Shown here: in pieces, positions 30,115 through 39,834 of the stretch
Numbering within the stretch: position 1 is the stretch's first letter
How the letters are laid out: each line of letters starts with the position of its first letter
Assembly: GCA_964509505.1 (NCBI GenBank)
Contig: CAZDYP010000001.1
Span: forward strand, 1-61,108
Length of the DNA stretch: 61,108 nucleotides
Direction: 5' to 3'
Source of the DNA: an uncultured Anaerolineae bacterium
GTDB lineage: Bacteria > Chloroflexota > Anaerolineae > JACRMK01
The notes under the pieces: generated by a model
What the model was told of the DNA's origin: nothing
What the model saw: only the letters and a program-made list of their open reading frames with translations
The model's database searches: none
Translations under genes and position numbers: made by a program

Positions 30115-30449
30115 TTGCCGCCGACAAATTCAAGCGTCAACCCTTGCCTCGCCAATTCGGTGCGCTGGCGGCGAACCTTGCGCGCATTTCTTCCATTGCA
30201 CGCTGGCCCCAGCCATCCGATACATTGCTGCCGATGTTGACGGAGAGCATTTATTTTGCCGAATGGATTATGCCGCAAACTGAGCCAGAAGTAGCAGCTG
30301 ATTTGGCAGACTTGCAGGTGATGCTCGGTTTGTGGCGCAAGAGCTGGCAACACGCTAAAGAAGATCGCACGCAACGCACATTGCTTTCGTTTCAAACGAA
30401 AAAATGGTCTAATCAGATGTTGGCTTATGCAGGGTTGTTACCAGCGTAA
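30111..30449 (+). CDS. hypothetical protein (112 aa) inside the his operon
   Basis: Translationally coupled (ATGA) to the preceding ORF; no recognisable motif. Confidence 0.45.
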   Translation: MIAADKFKRQPLPRQFGALAANLARISSIARWPQPSDTLLPMLTESIYFAEWIMPQTEPEVAADLADLQVMLGLWRKSWQHAKEDRTQRTLLSFQTKKWSNQMLAYAGLLPA

Positions 30450-30470
30450 ATTTTTATTCTGAGGAGTCTC

Positions 30471-31577
30471 ATGTCTTTCGATTATAGCACGCTCATTCGT
30501 CCTGACATCTTGGCGCAACCGCTTGAGCAATGGACGAACTCGCTCGAAGCGGCTTCCAAACGCCTAGGCATTCCGATTGAGAAGCTTGCCAAGCTCGGCA
30601 CCAACGAAAACTTGTACGGGCCCTCGCCCAAAGTGAAAGAAACCATTGCCAACTTTAACGAGCTCTATTACTATCCTGACCCACTATACATCAATCTGCG
30701 GAATACCTTAGCGCGACACACAGGCGCAGCAGCCGACCGCATCATCGTCGGCAATGGTCTCGATGAAGTGATTCAGTTGGTGACGCGCGTGCTGTTGCGA
30801 CCCAACGACGCGATTCTCGTTTGCCCCCCCAACTTCGAGGTCTATAATGCCGAAGCGGAGACTGCACATGGGCGCGTCGTCTCTGTGCCGCGCCGTGTTG
30901 ACCTGTCGCTTGATTGGGATGCGATTGAGCGCGCATGGGCTGAACATGAGAACATCAAGCTGATTTGGCTCACGTCGCCGAACAATCCCGATGGCGCGTT
31001 GCTCCCGCGCGAGGATTTGCTCCATATTCTGAAGCTGCCTGCCTTTGTGATGGTGGATGAAGCCTACATTGATTTTGCGCCCGCCTCGGCTTCACATCTC
31101 GAATTGACGGCGACGCATCCAAACATCGCCGTGTTGCGCACTTTCAGCAAGGGCCCCGCGTTGGCGGGCGTGCGTGTGGGTTATGGTGTGTTTCCCAAAA
31201 TTCTCGCGGATAATCTCTGGAAAATTATCCAGCCGTTCAATGTGAATGTATTAGGGGCGGTGGCAGCGCAAGCGGCGCTGGACGATTGGGATTACACACG
31301 CCAGATTGCCGCCAAGATCATTGACGAGCGCGAGAAACTATTCGAGGAACTGGCGCAGTTTCCATTCCTGCAACCTTATCGCAGCCATGCGAATTTTCTC
31401 CTGTGCAAAGTTGTCGGACGGTCGGCGGCGGATTTGCGGAATGATTTGGCGAAGCAGGGTATCTTGATTCGCGCGATTGACAGTCCACAGTTGCCCAATC
31501 ACCTCCGCATCACGATTGGCACACCGCGCGAGACGAAGATGTTGTTGGACGCATTGAAAGTAGTCAGTAGTCAGTAA
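30471..31577 (+). CDS. hisC: histidinol-phosphate aminotransferase
   Basis: 368 aa; class-II aminotransferase motifs, NPNNPDG, VMVDEAYIDF, RTFSKGPALAGVRVGYG (PLP lysine). Confidence 0.9.
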   Translation: MSFDYSTLIRPDILAQPLEQWTNSLEAASKRLGIPIEKLAKLGTNENLYGPSPKVKETIANFNELYYYPDPLYINLRNTLARHTGAAADRIIVGNGLDEVIQLVTRVLLRPNDAILVCPPNFEVYNAEAETAHGRVVSVPRRVDLSLDWDAIERAWAEHENIKLIWLTSPNNPDGALLPREDLLHILKLPAFVMVDEAYIDFAPASASHLELTATHPNIAVLRTFSKGPALAGVRVGYGVFPKILADNLWKIIQPFNVNVLGAVAAQAALDDWDYTRQIAAKIIDEREKLFEELAQFPFLQPYRSHANFLLCKVVGRSAADLRNDLAKQGILIRAIDSPQLPNHLRITIGTPRETKMLLDALKVVSSQ

Positions 31578-31588
31578 CCAGTAGTCAG
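31561..31588. repeat. heptamer run (TAGTCAG words) spanning the hisC stop
   Basis: TAGTCAG TAGTCAG TAACCAG TAGTCAG; supplies the C-terminal residues VVSSQ*. Confidence 0.7.
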
Positions 31589-31610
31589 ATGAACTGGAAC
31601 TGGAACGATT

Positions 31611-32198
31611 ATGGCACGCACCTCGACCATCACTCGCAAAACGAATGAGACCGCCGTCACGCTGACGCTTGACCTTGATGGCGTGGGCAAGCATGACATC
31701 GTGACAGGTGTGCCATTCCTCGATCATCTCTTGACACATGTCTCGTTGCATGGCGTGATAGATCTGAGCGTGAATGCGCAAGGCGATTTGCACATTGACG
31801 AGCATCACACCGTCGAGGATGTGGCGATTGCGCTGGGGCAAGCCATTGCGGAAGCGCTTGGCCAACGCGCAAGTATTCGGCGCATGGGGCATGCGTACGT
31901 GCCGATGGATGAAGCGCTCGCCTTCGTCGCGATTGATTTGAGCGGGCGACCTTACACAGTGATTGATGCGACATTCGACACGCCAAAGATCGGCGCGCTC
32001 GGCACAAGCCTCATTCCGCATTTTCTTGAATCGTTGGCGACGCACGCCAAAATGAATCTTCATGCGCGCGTGTTGTATGGGCGCGATGACCATCACAAAG
32101 CCGAAGCGTTGTTCAAGGCGTTGGGGCGCGCGTTACGTGAAGCGGTGGAACTTGACCCGCGACGGAGTGGTGTGCCATCAACGAAGGGCGTTCTATAA
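31611..32198 (+). CDS. hisB: imidazoleglycerol-phosphate dehydratase
   Basis: 195 aa; [47 protein letters not shown]. Confidence 0.95.
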   Translation: MARTSTITRKTNETAVTLTLDLDGVGKHDIVTGVPFLDHLLTHVSLHGVIDLSVNAQGDLHIDEHHTVEDVAIALGQAIAEALGQRASIRRMGHAYVPMDEALAFVAIDLSGRPYTVIDATFDTPKIGALGTSLIPHFLESLATHAKMNLHARVLYGRDDHHKAEALFKALGRALREAVELDPRRSGVPSTKGVL

Positions 32199-32199
32199 A

Positions 32200-32244
32200 A
32201 ATCCCCAATCCCCAATTCCAACCCCCCAATTGGGATTGGGGATT
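32200..32244. repeat. heptamer hairpin (CCCCAAT words) between hisB and hisH
   Basis: AATCCCCAATCCCCAATT ... AATTGGGATTGGGGATT, one-base bulge. Confidence 0.8.
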
Positions 32245-32260
32245 GGGGGGGATTGTTACG

Positions 32261-32884
32261 ATGATTGCGATCATTGATTATGGTTTGTCCAACCTCCGCA
32301 GCGTGCAGCGCGCATTCGCGCAGTGTGGCGTGGAGGCTGAGATCATCACGACGCCAGAGAAGTTGGCGGCGGCGCGAGGCGCGGTGATTCCAGGCGTCGG
32401 CGCGTTTGGGCAGGCGATGGTGAACTTGCGCGCGGCGGGTTTCGTGGACGCGATTCACGAATTTGTCGCGCGCGGCAGACCGTTCGGCGGCATTTGTTTG
32501 GGTATGCAATTGTTGTTCGAGGCAAGCGAAGAATTAGGACAGCATCAAGGACTTGGCTTGCTCAAAGGCAGCGTCAAAAAGTTTGCGGGCGGCGTGAAGG
32601 TGCCGCATATTGGCTGGAATCAGGTCAATATCGTGCATGACACGCCGTTGCTCGCGCGCATTCGCAGCGGCAGCTATGCTTACTTCGTGCACTCGTATTA
32701 CGTCGTGCCAAGTGACCAGTCGCTTGTATGCGCGACGACGGACTACGGCGAGCCGTTTGCGTCGGTCGTCGCGCGCGACAATTTGTATGCGTTTCAATTC
32801 CATCCGGAGAAAAGCCAGCAGGTAGGTTTGCAGATGTTACGCAACTTCGCGCAGCTGGCGGATGAAGTGGTTAGTGTGACGTGA
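32261..32884 (+). CDS. hisH: imidazole glycerol phosphate synthase, glutamine amidotransferase subunit
   Basis: Track ORF starts at 32243 within the hairpin; ATG 32261 gives MIAIIDYGLSNLRSV; GVGAFG, GICLGMQLL, PHIGWN, FQFHPEKS. Confidence 0.9.
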   Translation: MIAIIDYGLSNLRSVQRAFAQCGVEAEIITTPEKLAAARGAVIPGVGAFGQAMVNLRAAGFVDAIHEFVARGRPFGGICLGMQLLFEASEELGQHQGLGLLKGSVKKFAGGVKVPHIGWNQVNIVHDTPLLARIRSGSYAYFVHSYYVVPSDQSLVCATTDYGEPFASVVARDNLYAFQFHPEKSQQVGLQMLRNFAQLADEVVSVT

Positions 32885-32892
32885 GTTACTCC

Positions 32893-32973
32893 ATTCAACA
32901 CCAAGGCACAAAAGCTCACACGGGCCAAATTTTTCTTTGTGCCTTCGCGCTTTCTTCGTGTCCGAGTGTTGGA
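32893..32973. repeat. ~80-nt imperfect palindrome (ATTCAACACCAAGGCAC family)
   Basis: ATTCAACACCAAGGCACAAA ... TTTGTGCCTTCGCG ... GTGTTGGAA; related to 59048-59139. Confidence 0.5.
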
Positions 32974-33134
32974 ACACTGATTCGCTCATGGATAGAAAGC
33001 GTGCAACCGTCCCTGGCTCGCGCGCGACTCGCGTGAGTCGCAAATCCCGCGCCCTTGGCGGTGGCGGTGACTATCCACCGCGAGCGTAGCGCTATTGCTA
33101 AACATGAGCGCAATGATTTTTATTTCGATAGACC

Positions 33135-34184
33135 ATGACCAATACAACTAAGACCTATTTGATTACAGGCGGCGCCGGCTTTTTAGGCATCAACCTGATT
33201 CGCTATCTGCTGAACAAGGGACACACGATTGTCTCGCTTGACATCGCCGCGTTCGACTATCCGGAGCGTGACCGTGTGAAGATTATCAAGGGCGACATCC
33301 GCAAAAAAGAGGATGTGGATCGCGCGCTAGAAGGCGTGGACATCGTCGTGCATACGGCGGCGGCCTTGCCCCTTTACAAAAAAGAAGACATCATCTCAAC
33401 GGATATTGACGGCATTCGGATTGTGCTGCAAGCGGCGTATGCGCACAAGGTCGAGCGCATGATTCACATTTCTTCGACGGCGGTGTATGGCATTCCCGAC
33501 CACCATCCATTGCTGGAGGATGACAAACTGGATGGCGTGGGACCGTATGGTCACGCCAAAGTCGAAGCGGAGCGGATTTGCGAGGAATATCGGCAAAAAG
33601 GTTTCTGTGTGCCAATCATCCGCCCTAAGTCATTTGTCGGACCCGAACGACTCGGCGTGTTCGCATTGTTTTATGACTGGGCGAAAGACGGCAAAGGCTT
33701 CCCGATGTTGGGCAGCGGCGCCAATCGTTATCAGCTGCTCGATGTCGAAGACTTGTGCGACGCGATTTACTTGACGGCGACGCTCGAGCCGAAAATCGTT
33801 AATGACACCTTCAACATTGGCGCGAAAGAATTTGCGACGATGAAGGAAGATTATCAGGCTGTGTTGGATTATGCGGGCTTCGGCAAAAAGATCGTTCCGT
33901 TACCAGCCGCCCCCGCGATTTGGACGTTGCGCGTGTTGGAGTTCTTTCGTCTCTCGCCGCTTTACAAGTGGGTGTATGAGACGGCGTCGAAAGATTCGTT
34001 CGTCTCGATTGAAAAAGCCGAGCGTGTGCTTGGCTTCAAGCCGAAGTATTCCAACCAGCAGGCGCTCGTTCGCAACTATCAATGGTATCTGGAACATCTC
34101 TCGCAGTTCGAGCACACCTCAGGCGTGTCGCATCGCGTGCCGTGGAAGCAAGGCGCGTTGGCGTTGGCGAAGCTGTTTTTCTAA
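33135..34184 (+). CDS. NAD-dependent epimerase/dehydratase (extended SDR)
   Basis: 349 aa; [35 protein letters not shown] (YxxxK). Confidence 0.85.
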   Translation: MTNTTKTYLITGGAGFLGINLIRYLLNKGHTIVSLDIAAFDYPERDRVKIIKGDIRKKEDVDRALEGVDIVVHTAAALPLYKKEDIISTDIDGIRIVLQAAYAHKVERMIHISSTAVYGIPDHHPLLEDDKLDGVGPYGHAKVEAERICEEYRQKGFCVPIIRPKSFVGPERLGVFALFYDWAKDGKGFPMLGSGANRYQLLDVEDLCDAIYLTATLEPKIVNDTFNIGAKEFATMKEDYQAVLDYAGFGKKIVPLPAAPAIWTLRVLEFFRLSPLYKWVYETASKDSFVSIEKAERVLGFKPKYSNQQALVRNYQWYLEHLSQFEHTSGVSHRVPWKQGALALAKLFF

Positions 34185-34193
34185 ACCGCTCTT

Positions 34194-34955
34194 ATGGAAA
34201 TTTTTCCTGCGATTGATTTGCGCGGCGGTCAGGTCGTGCGTTTGAAACAGGGCGATCCCAACGCGCAGACGACGTTCTCCGATAGCCCTACGGCGATGGC
34301 GCAACAGTGGGTGCGGCAAGGCGCGCGGTGGTTACACATCGTCAATCTAGATGGCGCGTTCACGGGCGATACCCCCTTCGTGCAATTGGGCAGACCTCAC
34401 GCCAATCTTGATGCGTTGCGCGACATCTTGCAAACCGTGGATGTGCCTGTGCAGTTTGGCGGCGGCTTGCGCGATTTGCCCAGCATCGCTTATGTGATTG
34501 GCTTAGGGGCGGCGCGGGTGATTATCGGCACGGCGGCAGTGAAAAAGCCTCAGCTTGTGAGCGAAGCCATCGCCACATTCGGCGCGGAGAAAATCGTCGT
34601 CGGTCTTGATGCAAAAGAGGGCGCAGTCGCTACGCATGGTTGGCAAGAAATGTCGGCGTTGCGCGTGGGTGAAGTTGCGCTACGGATGAAAACGCTGGGG
34701 GTGCAGCGTGTCGTTTTCACTGATATTTCGCGTGATGGGATGTTGCAAGGTGTGAATGCTGCAGCCACATACCAATTAGCCAAAGATAGCGATTTGAAAA
34801 TCATCGCATCAGGCGGCGTTGCATCATTAGGTGATATTCGCCAATTGAAAGCCGCTGAGTGTGAGGGCGTCGAAGGCGTGATCGTAGGTCAAGCGTTGTA
34901 CACAGGCGCAATCAATTTACCAGAAGCAATTAAAATTGCAGATGGCAAATTGTAG
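34194..34955 (+). CDS. hisA: 1-(5-phosphoribosyl)-5-[(5-phosphoribosylamino)methylideneamino]imidazole-4-carboxamide isomerase
   Basis: 253 aa; [45 protein letters not shown]. Confidence 0.95.
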   Translation: MEIFPAIDLRGGQVVRLKQGDPNAQTTFSDSPTAMAQQWVRQGARWLHIVNLDGAFTGDTPFVQLGRPHANLDALRDILQTVDVPVQFGGGLRDLPSIAYVIGLGAARVIIGTAAVKKPQLVSEAIATFGAEKIVVGLDAKEGAVATHGWQEMSALRVGEVALRMKTLGVQRVVFTDISRDGMLQGVNAAATYQLAKDSDLKIIASGGVASLGDIRQLKAAECEGVEGVIVGQALYTGAINLPEAIKIADGKL

Positions 34956-34998
34956 ATTGAAAAATAATTCGCAATCTGCCATTTGCCATGTGCCAGCT
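34939..34998. repeat. heptamer hairpin (GCCATYT words) whose left arm is the last hisA codons
   Basis: GCAGATGGCAAAT (coding IADGKL*) opposed to ATTCGCA ATCTGCC ATTTGCC ATGTGCC. Confidence 0.6.
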
Positions 34999-35004
34999 GC
35001 ACTT

Positions 35005-35778
35005 ATGTTAGCGAAGCGTATCATTCCTTGTTTAGATGTGAAAGACGGGCGCGTCGTAAAGGGCGTGAGCTTCGTCAATCTGCGCGACGCGGGCGACCCC
35101 GTGGAGCAGGGCGTCGTCTATGACCGTGAAGGCGCAGACGAGTTGGTGTTTCTCGACATCACGGCGTCCTACGAGAAGCGCGCGACGACGTTGGCGATGG
35201 TGCGCGCGGTGGCGGATGCGGTATTTATTCCGTTCACCGTTGGCGGCGGGGTGCGCGCAGTGGACGATGTGCGCGCCATCTTGCGCGCGGGCGCGGACAA
35301 GGTCGCTATCAACACAGCCGCCGTGCAGCATCCGCAGCTCATCGCCGACGCCGCGAATCAATTTGGGGTGCAGTGCATCGTCGTTGCCATTGACGCAAAA
35401 CGTGAAGCCAATCGTCGCTGGCAAGTCTATACGCATGGCGGACGCAGACCCAGTGAGCGCGATGTGATAGAATGGGCGCGTGAAGTGGAGCAACGTGGCG
35501 CGGGTGAAATTTTGTTGACGAGCATGGATGAAGATGGACAACTGAATGGTTACGACATTGCGTTGACGCGCGCGGTTGCCGCAGCGGTGACGATTCCTGT
35601 GATCGCTTCGGGCGGCGCGGGCCGGCTCGCAGATTTTCATGCAGCGTTGACCGCTGGCCATGCAAGCGCGGCGTTGGCGGCGTCGTTGTTCCACGATCGC
35701 AAGCTCTCCCTCTCCGAGGTGAAGCGATATTTGGTGGAGCATGGCGTGCCGGTGAGACCTGTTGAGCTGAATGGGTAA
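35005..35778 (+). CDS. hisF: imidazole glycerol phosphate synthase, cyclase subunit
   Basis: Track ORF starts at 34936 in the hairpin; ATG 35005 gives [20 protein letters not shown]; [19 protein letters not shown] motifs. Confidence 0.95.
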   Translation: MLAKRIIPCLDVKDGRVVKGVSFVNLRDAGDPVEQGVVYDREGADELVFLDITASYEKRATTLAMVRAVADAVFIPFTVGGGVRAVDDVRAILRAGADKVAINTAAVQHPQLIADAANQFGVQCIVVAIDAKREANRRWQVYTHGGRRPSERDVIEWAREVEQRGAGEILLTSMDEDGQLNGYDIALTRAVAAAVTIPVIASGGAGRLADFHAALTAGHASAALAASLFHDRKLSLSEVKRYLVEHGVPVRPVELNG

Positions 35779-35816
35779 ATGGGTAAACGAGGCAACGAGA
35801 GGTTGACTCGGCGACA

Positions 35817-36140
35817 ATGATCATGCAACTCAAATTTGATGCAAATGGTTTGGTGCCTGCCATCGTGCAAGACGCGCAGACCAAAGAAGTCTTGATGATG
35901 GCGTACATGACTCGTGAATCAGTGCAGCGCACGCTCGCGTTGGGCGAGACGGTGTTCTGGAGCCGCAGTCGTAACGAACTTTGGCGCAAGGGCGAGACGT
36001 CAGGCAACACGCAGCGCGTCGTCGCCATGCGCGCGGATTGTGATGGCGATACATTGCTCATTCTAGTCGAACCGCGCGGGCCCGCTTGTCACACGGGAGC
36101 CGTGAGCTGTTTCTTCAACGAGCTAGAGCTGGGAGATTAG
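35817..36140 (+). CDS. hisI: phosphoribosyl-AMP cyclohydrolase
   Basis: 107 aa; [45 protein letters not shown]. Confidence 0.9.
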   Translation: MIMQLKFDANGLVPAIVQDAQTKEVLMMAYMTRESVQRTLALGETVFWSRSRNELWRKGETSGNTQRVVAMRADCDGDTLLILVEPRGPACHTGAVSCFFNELELGD

Positions 36141-36195
36141 CGACCGGATGCCAAGCGTTAATCTCTAAGCTCTAATTTGCTAATCTCTCATCTCC
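36120..36195. repeat. heptamer hairpin whose left arm is the last hisI codons
   Basis: GAGCTAGAGCTGGGAGATTAG (ELELGD*) opposed to TTAATCT CTAAGCT CTAATTT GCTAATC TCTCATC. Confidence 0.6.
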
Positions 36196-36210
36196 ACAGA
36201 AGGAGAACTC

Positions 36211-37839
36211 ATGCGTTATTTGTTAGATCAACAATCCTATGATGAAATGAAAGGGCGCAAGGACCATACGACTGATTGTTACGTGCGCCCGAATGAGTAC
36301 TTGCATCACATGTACACCAATGGCGTGAAATGTGTTGTCGCGCGCGCGTTGATGGAAGCCTTGAAGGAGGCGATTGCCAAGCGCGACGTGGAAGCGGTGC
36401 GCCATTTGCAACTGCACAAAGAGCAGCTCGACAGTTTGGTGGCGCAAGCGCAAAAAGCAGGCTCGTTGGCGGCGGCGAAGATGTTGGGTGAGCCATTTCC
36501 TACCGAAGAAGATAGCGCCGTCCCACAAAACAACTTTGTGCCGTTGCCGCCGAAGAGCTGGGAGGAAACGGGGCTAAACCGTTCGATTTTATTCGAGAGC
36601 ATTCTGCGCGTCATCTACAATCAGGGTCGTCCTACGGGTCAAGAGATTTCGCGCACGTTGGGCTTATCGTATCGCGTGGTCGGTCCGTTGTTGGTCGAGA
36701 TGCGGAATGCGGAGGATGTGGACATTGCGGGACAGCGCGGCATCGGCGATTCAGGCTATGAATACATCTTGACGCCGCGCGGCGCACGCAACGTCGAGGA
36801 CGCGCTCAAGAAAAATGCATACAGCGGTCCCGTGCCTGTGCCGTTCGAAGTGTACAAGAAAGCCGTCAAAGCGCAGACGATGAAAAATGTCGTCGTCACA
36901 CGCCAGAACATCCGCAAAGCATTCAGCGATTTGATCCTCAGCGATTCGGCGCTCAGCGAAATCGGCCCCGCCGTCAATTCGGGCGCGTCGGTGTTCTTCT
37001 TTGGCTTCCCCGGCAATGGCAAGACCAGCATTGCCGAGCGCATCACGCGCTTGATGGGCGATTATATTTTTATCCCGTATGCCGTCGAAGCGGAAGGACA
37101 GATCATCAAAATTTATGATTCCATCGTGCATGAGCTCGCGCCCGAATATCAAGGGAACGCGGAACACCAAACAGGCACTGAGTTGCTCTTCGACCAACGC
37201 TGGGTGCGTATCAAACGTCCTGTCGTCATCGTCGGCGGCGAGTTAATCTTGTCCATGCTCGACCTGACATACAACGATTATGGCAAGTTTTACGAAGCGC
37301 CGTTCCAGATGAAAGCCAACGGCGGCATCTTCATGATTGACGATTTCGGGCGTCAGCAAGTGCGCCCGATGGATTTGCTCAATCGTTGGATTGTGCCGCT
37401 CGAAAAACGCTACGACTATTTGACAACCGTCACCGGCAAGAAGATGGAAGTGCCCTTCGACGAATTGCTGATTTTCTCGACGAACCTCGACCCGCATCAG
37501 CTCGCTGACGAAGCGTTCTTGCGGCGCATCAAATTCAAAATCGAAGTGCGTGACCCCGACGAGGCGCAGTGGCGCAAAATTTGGGAGCTGGTGTGCCGAG
37601 GGCGCAAAATCGAATTGGATCAGAAAGGTGTAGATTATCTCATCGAGAAGTGGTACAAGCCGACGAATCGCCCGTTCCGCATGTGCCAACCGCGTGACAT
37701 CCTCGACCAGATGATCAGCATCGCCAAGTACAACATGGAGCAGCCGACTTTCACGCCTGATTTGATTGACGCCGCCTGCTCGACGTACTTCATCAGCGAA
37801 CAGAAAAAAGATTTCGGCGCGAAGGTTCGGTTGGAGTAA
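36211..37839 (+). CDS. AAA+ ATPase with N-terminal coiled-coil and winged-helix-like region
   Basis: 542 aa; Walker A GFPGNGKTS, Walker B IFMIDDFGRQ, sensor region STNLDP; GAAGGAG SD; inserted between hisI and hisE. Confidence 0.7.
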   Translation: MRYLLDQQSYDEMKGRKDHTTDCYVRPNEYLHHMYTNGVKCVVARALMEALKEAIAKRDVEAVRHLQLHKEQLDSLVAQAQKAGSLAAAKMLGEPFPTEEDSAVPQNNFVPLPPKSWEETGLNRSILFESILRVIYNQGRPTGQEISRTLGLSYRVVGPLLVEMRNAEDVDIAGQRGIGDSGYEYILTPRGARNVEDALKKNAYSGPVPVPFEVYKKAVKAQTMKNVVVTRQNIRKAFSDLILSDSALSEIGPAVNSGASVFFFGFPGNGKTSIAERITRLMGDYIFIPYAVEAEGQIIKIYDSIVHELAPEYQGNAEHQTGTELLFDQRWVRIKRPVVIVGGELILSMLDLTYNDYGKFYEAPFQMKANGGIFMIDDFGRQQVRPMDLLNRWIVPLEKRYDYLTTVTGKKMEVPFDELLIFSTNLDPHQLADEAFLRRIKFKIEVRDPDEAQWRKIWELVCRGRKIELDQKGVDYLIEKWYKPTNRPFRMCQPRDILDQMISIAKYNMEQPTFTPDLIDAACSTYFISEQKKDFGAKVRLE

Positions 37840-37874
37840 AAGCCTTCGCAAGGTTTTGGTGGTGGAGGTGTGTT

Positions 37875-38438
37875 ATGAGTGTGTTGACTGCTCCGCCTTC
37901 TGCGAAACTCATCACAGGCGAAGAGCTTTTGAAGATGGGCAACATCGGACCATGCGAATTGATTGATGGGAGGATCGTGATGGGTGAACCCACGGGTTTT
38001 GAACATGGACGCTTGGAAACTCGACTGGGCGGGAAGCTCGACGTGTTTGTGTCGCTACGCAAACTCGGTTGGGTGACGAGCGGTGAGGCAGGTGTTTACA
38101 CGCACCGCAATCCTGATTGGGTGCGCGGCGTGGATGTAGCGTTCATTTCACGAGCCCGTTTGCCGAGTGGTCCCACCTACAAATTTTTGGAGGTTGCGCC
38201 TGAGCTCATCGTAGAGGTGATGTCGCCCGATGACACCTGGACAGAAGTGCGCGCCAAACTCGCGGAGTATTTTGCGATTGGCGTGTTGTGGGTGTGGGTG
38301 GTCGCGCCGAAAGAGCGCGCCCTCATCGCGCATTATCCTAGCGGAGAGACCAAACGATTCGGTGAAGCCGATACGCTGCGCGGTGAAGGCATCCTGAATG
38401 GTTTCGTCCTGCCCATCGCCGAGTTGTTCGAGAGCTAA
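37875..38438 (+). CDS. Uma2-family (DUF820) PD-(D/E)xK endonuclease-like protein
   Basis: 187 aa; CELIDGRIVM..PTGFEHG, VRGVDVAFI, APELIVEVMSP, KLAEYFAIGVLWVWVV: the pattern typical of Uma2 proteins. Confidence 0.8.
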   Translation: MSVLTAPPSAKLITGEELLKMGNIGPCELIDGRIVMGEPTGFEHGRLETRLGGKLDVFVSLRKLGWVTSGEAGVYTHRNPDWVRGVDVAFISRARLPSGPTYKFLEVAPELIVEVMSPDDTWTEVRAKLAEYFAIGVLWVWVVAPKERALIAHYPSGETKRFGEADTLRGEGILNGFVLPIAELFES

Positions 38439-38440
38439 AC

Positions 38441-38731
38441 ATGAGTGACCCCGTGAACATCGTCCATGAATTGTCGCGCGTGATCCGCGCGCGCAAAGCG
38501 AATGCGCCCACAGGTTCATACACGGCGTCATTGTTTGCAAAGGGCGAGGATGAAATCGTGAAGAAGGTGGGTGAGGAAGCCATCGAGGTCATCGTCGCCG
38601 CGAAAGGGCAGGGGCGCGAGCGCATCGTTTCTGAGTCGGCGGACTTGATTTATCACTTGTTGGTGTTGCTGGCGGAGAAAGCGGTTGCTTGGGAGGAAGT
38701 GGAGGCGGAGTTGCGGCAGCGGATGCAGTGA
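38441..38731 (+). CDS. hisE: phosphoribosyl-ATP pyrophosphatase
   Basis: 96 aa; SYTASLFAKGEDEIVKKVGEEAIEVIVAAK, ESADLIYHLLVLL; starts 3 nt after the Uma2 stop. Confidence 0.9.
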   Translation: MSDPVNIVHELSRVIRARKANAPTGSYTASLFAKGEDEIVKKVGEEAIEVIVAAKGQGRERIVSESADLIYHLLVLLAEKAVAWEEVEAELRQRMQ

Positions 38732-38757
38732 AGGCTAAAAAGTAATGAGTGAAAAGT

Positions 38758-38800
38758 AAACGAGCGATGCATAGAAGAAGCGCATCGCTCGTTTGTGTTT
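38758..38800 (+). terminator. rho-independent terminator of the his operon
   Basis: AAACGAGCGATGC / GCATCGCTCGTTT 13-bp stem, 11-nt loop, then GTGTTTG. Confidence 0.7.
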
Positions 38801-38844
38801 GCCGTAAGGCATTTTGCTCACGCGCAGAAACAGTGCGACTGAAA

Positions 38845-38904
38845 CCGCGCAGAAACGAAGTGCGCGAAGAAAAAGACCCCTTCGCGCGCTTCGCTTCTTT
38901 GCGG
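38845..38904. repeat. imperfect palindrome (CCGCGCAGAAACGAAG...CTTCGCTTCTTTGCGG)
   Basis: GCGAAGAA-word family, AT/GA-rich centre; between convergent hisE and the delta-60 gene. Confidence 0.5.
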
Positions 38905-38921
38905 TTACTGAAGCGAGCATT

Positions 38922-39660
38922 TTACCTGCGGATGAGGGGCAGATAGATGAATCGCTTGTTAGCGGCTAACGTGGTGAGGGTAACGGAGTTCAGTTCGCGC
39001 ACTACCACAAAATCGTCGTCGCTGCCGTTGTTGCCGTAACCCACAATGGTCATGCGGTTGTTGGCGTCAATCGCCAACCCGCGCGCGACGCTGTGCGAGC
39101 CAACGGCGATGACCTCTTTGCCTTGATTGCCGAATGAGGCGTCGAGACGGTAGCCCGGCAGCGTGCCCGCGCTGTTGTCAAACTTGTAGCGCGCGAGGTA
39201 AATTTGCGAGGGCGTCGTGCGTTTGCCGCCAGCCACAACCAGCTTGCCATCGGGTTGCACTGCCAACGCATACGCGATGTCGTCGCCGCCAAAGTCCGTG
39301 AGGATGCGCGGCTCGCTGAACGTCTGACCACAGCCGCACACGCTGCCGTTGGCATTCAAGAACATCAGCGCGAAGTCGCCATTCGAATAGCCTGCAAGCG
39401 CGAGCTGGCCATCTTTCAGCACGGCGATGCTGTACGCTTCGTCGTTGCGCGGCAGATTGATTTCTTTGATGCCGTTCACGCCGAAGCTCGTGTCGAGCGC
39501 GCCGTTGGGTAAGTAGCGCACGACGACGAAATCTCCAGAGTGTCCACCCGCCACGACAATCTTGCCATCGGGTTGCAACGCCGCAGCGCGAGCTCATCGC
39601 AACGATCAAACCGCAAACGCCGAACACGAGCCGTTTTTTAGCCATTTTGCCTCTTTGCAT
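38922..39660 (-). pseudogene. delta-60-repeat secreted protein, apparently frameshifted between signal peptide and repeat domain
   Basis: Repeat domain ORF 38922-39578 (TTG start; LQPDGKIVVAGG..DFVVVRYLPNGALDTSFG). Signal peptide MQRGKMAKKRLVFGVCGLIVAMSS is read from ATG 39660 in another frame. TGA at 39594-39596 closes the repeat frame upstream. Confidence 0.5.
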
Positions 39661-39834
39661 CTGATCACGTTGTTACCGACCGTGGTTGATCAGCCTGAAG
39701 TGCACGCGGTAATGGCCTTTTAAAATTGGAGATGGTGATGCCAGCTTCCACATGGCGAGACCAGGACTGTCCAGCCGCGAGGGTGATGCGGTCATTGTCT
39801 ACCGGTCTCCTTTTGTTGAACGAACGACAGTTGT

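Noticed and set aside
37840-37862. Small hairpin AAAGCCTTCGCAAGGTTTT after the AAA ATPase stop, as a fifth member of the GAAGGGTT palindrome family
   Set aside because: It shares only the CCTTCG core, and the arms are short with a G-U pair. Similarity is too weak to assign to the family.
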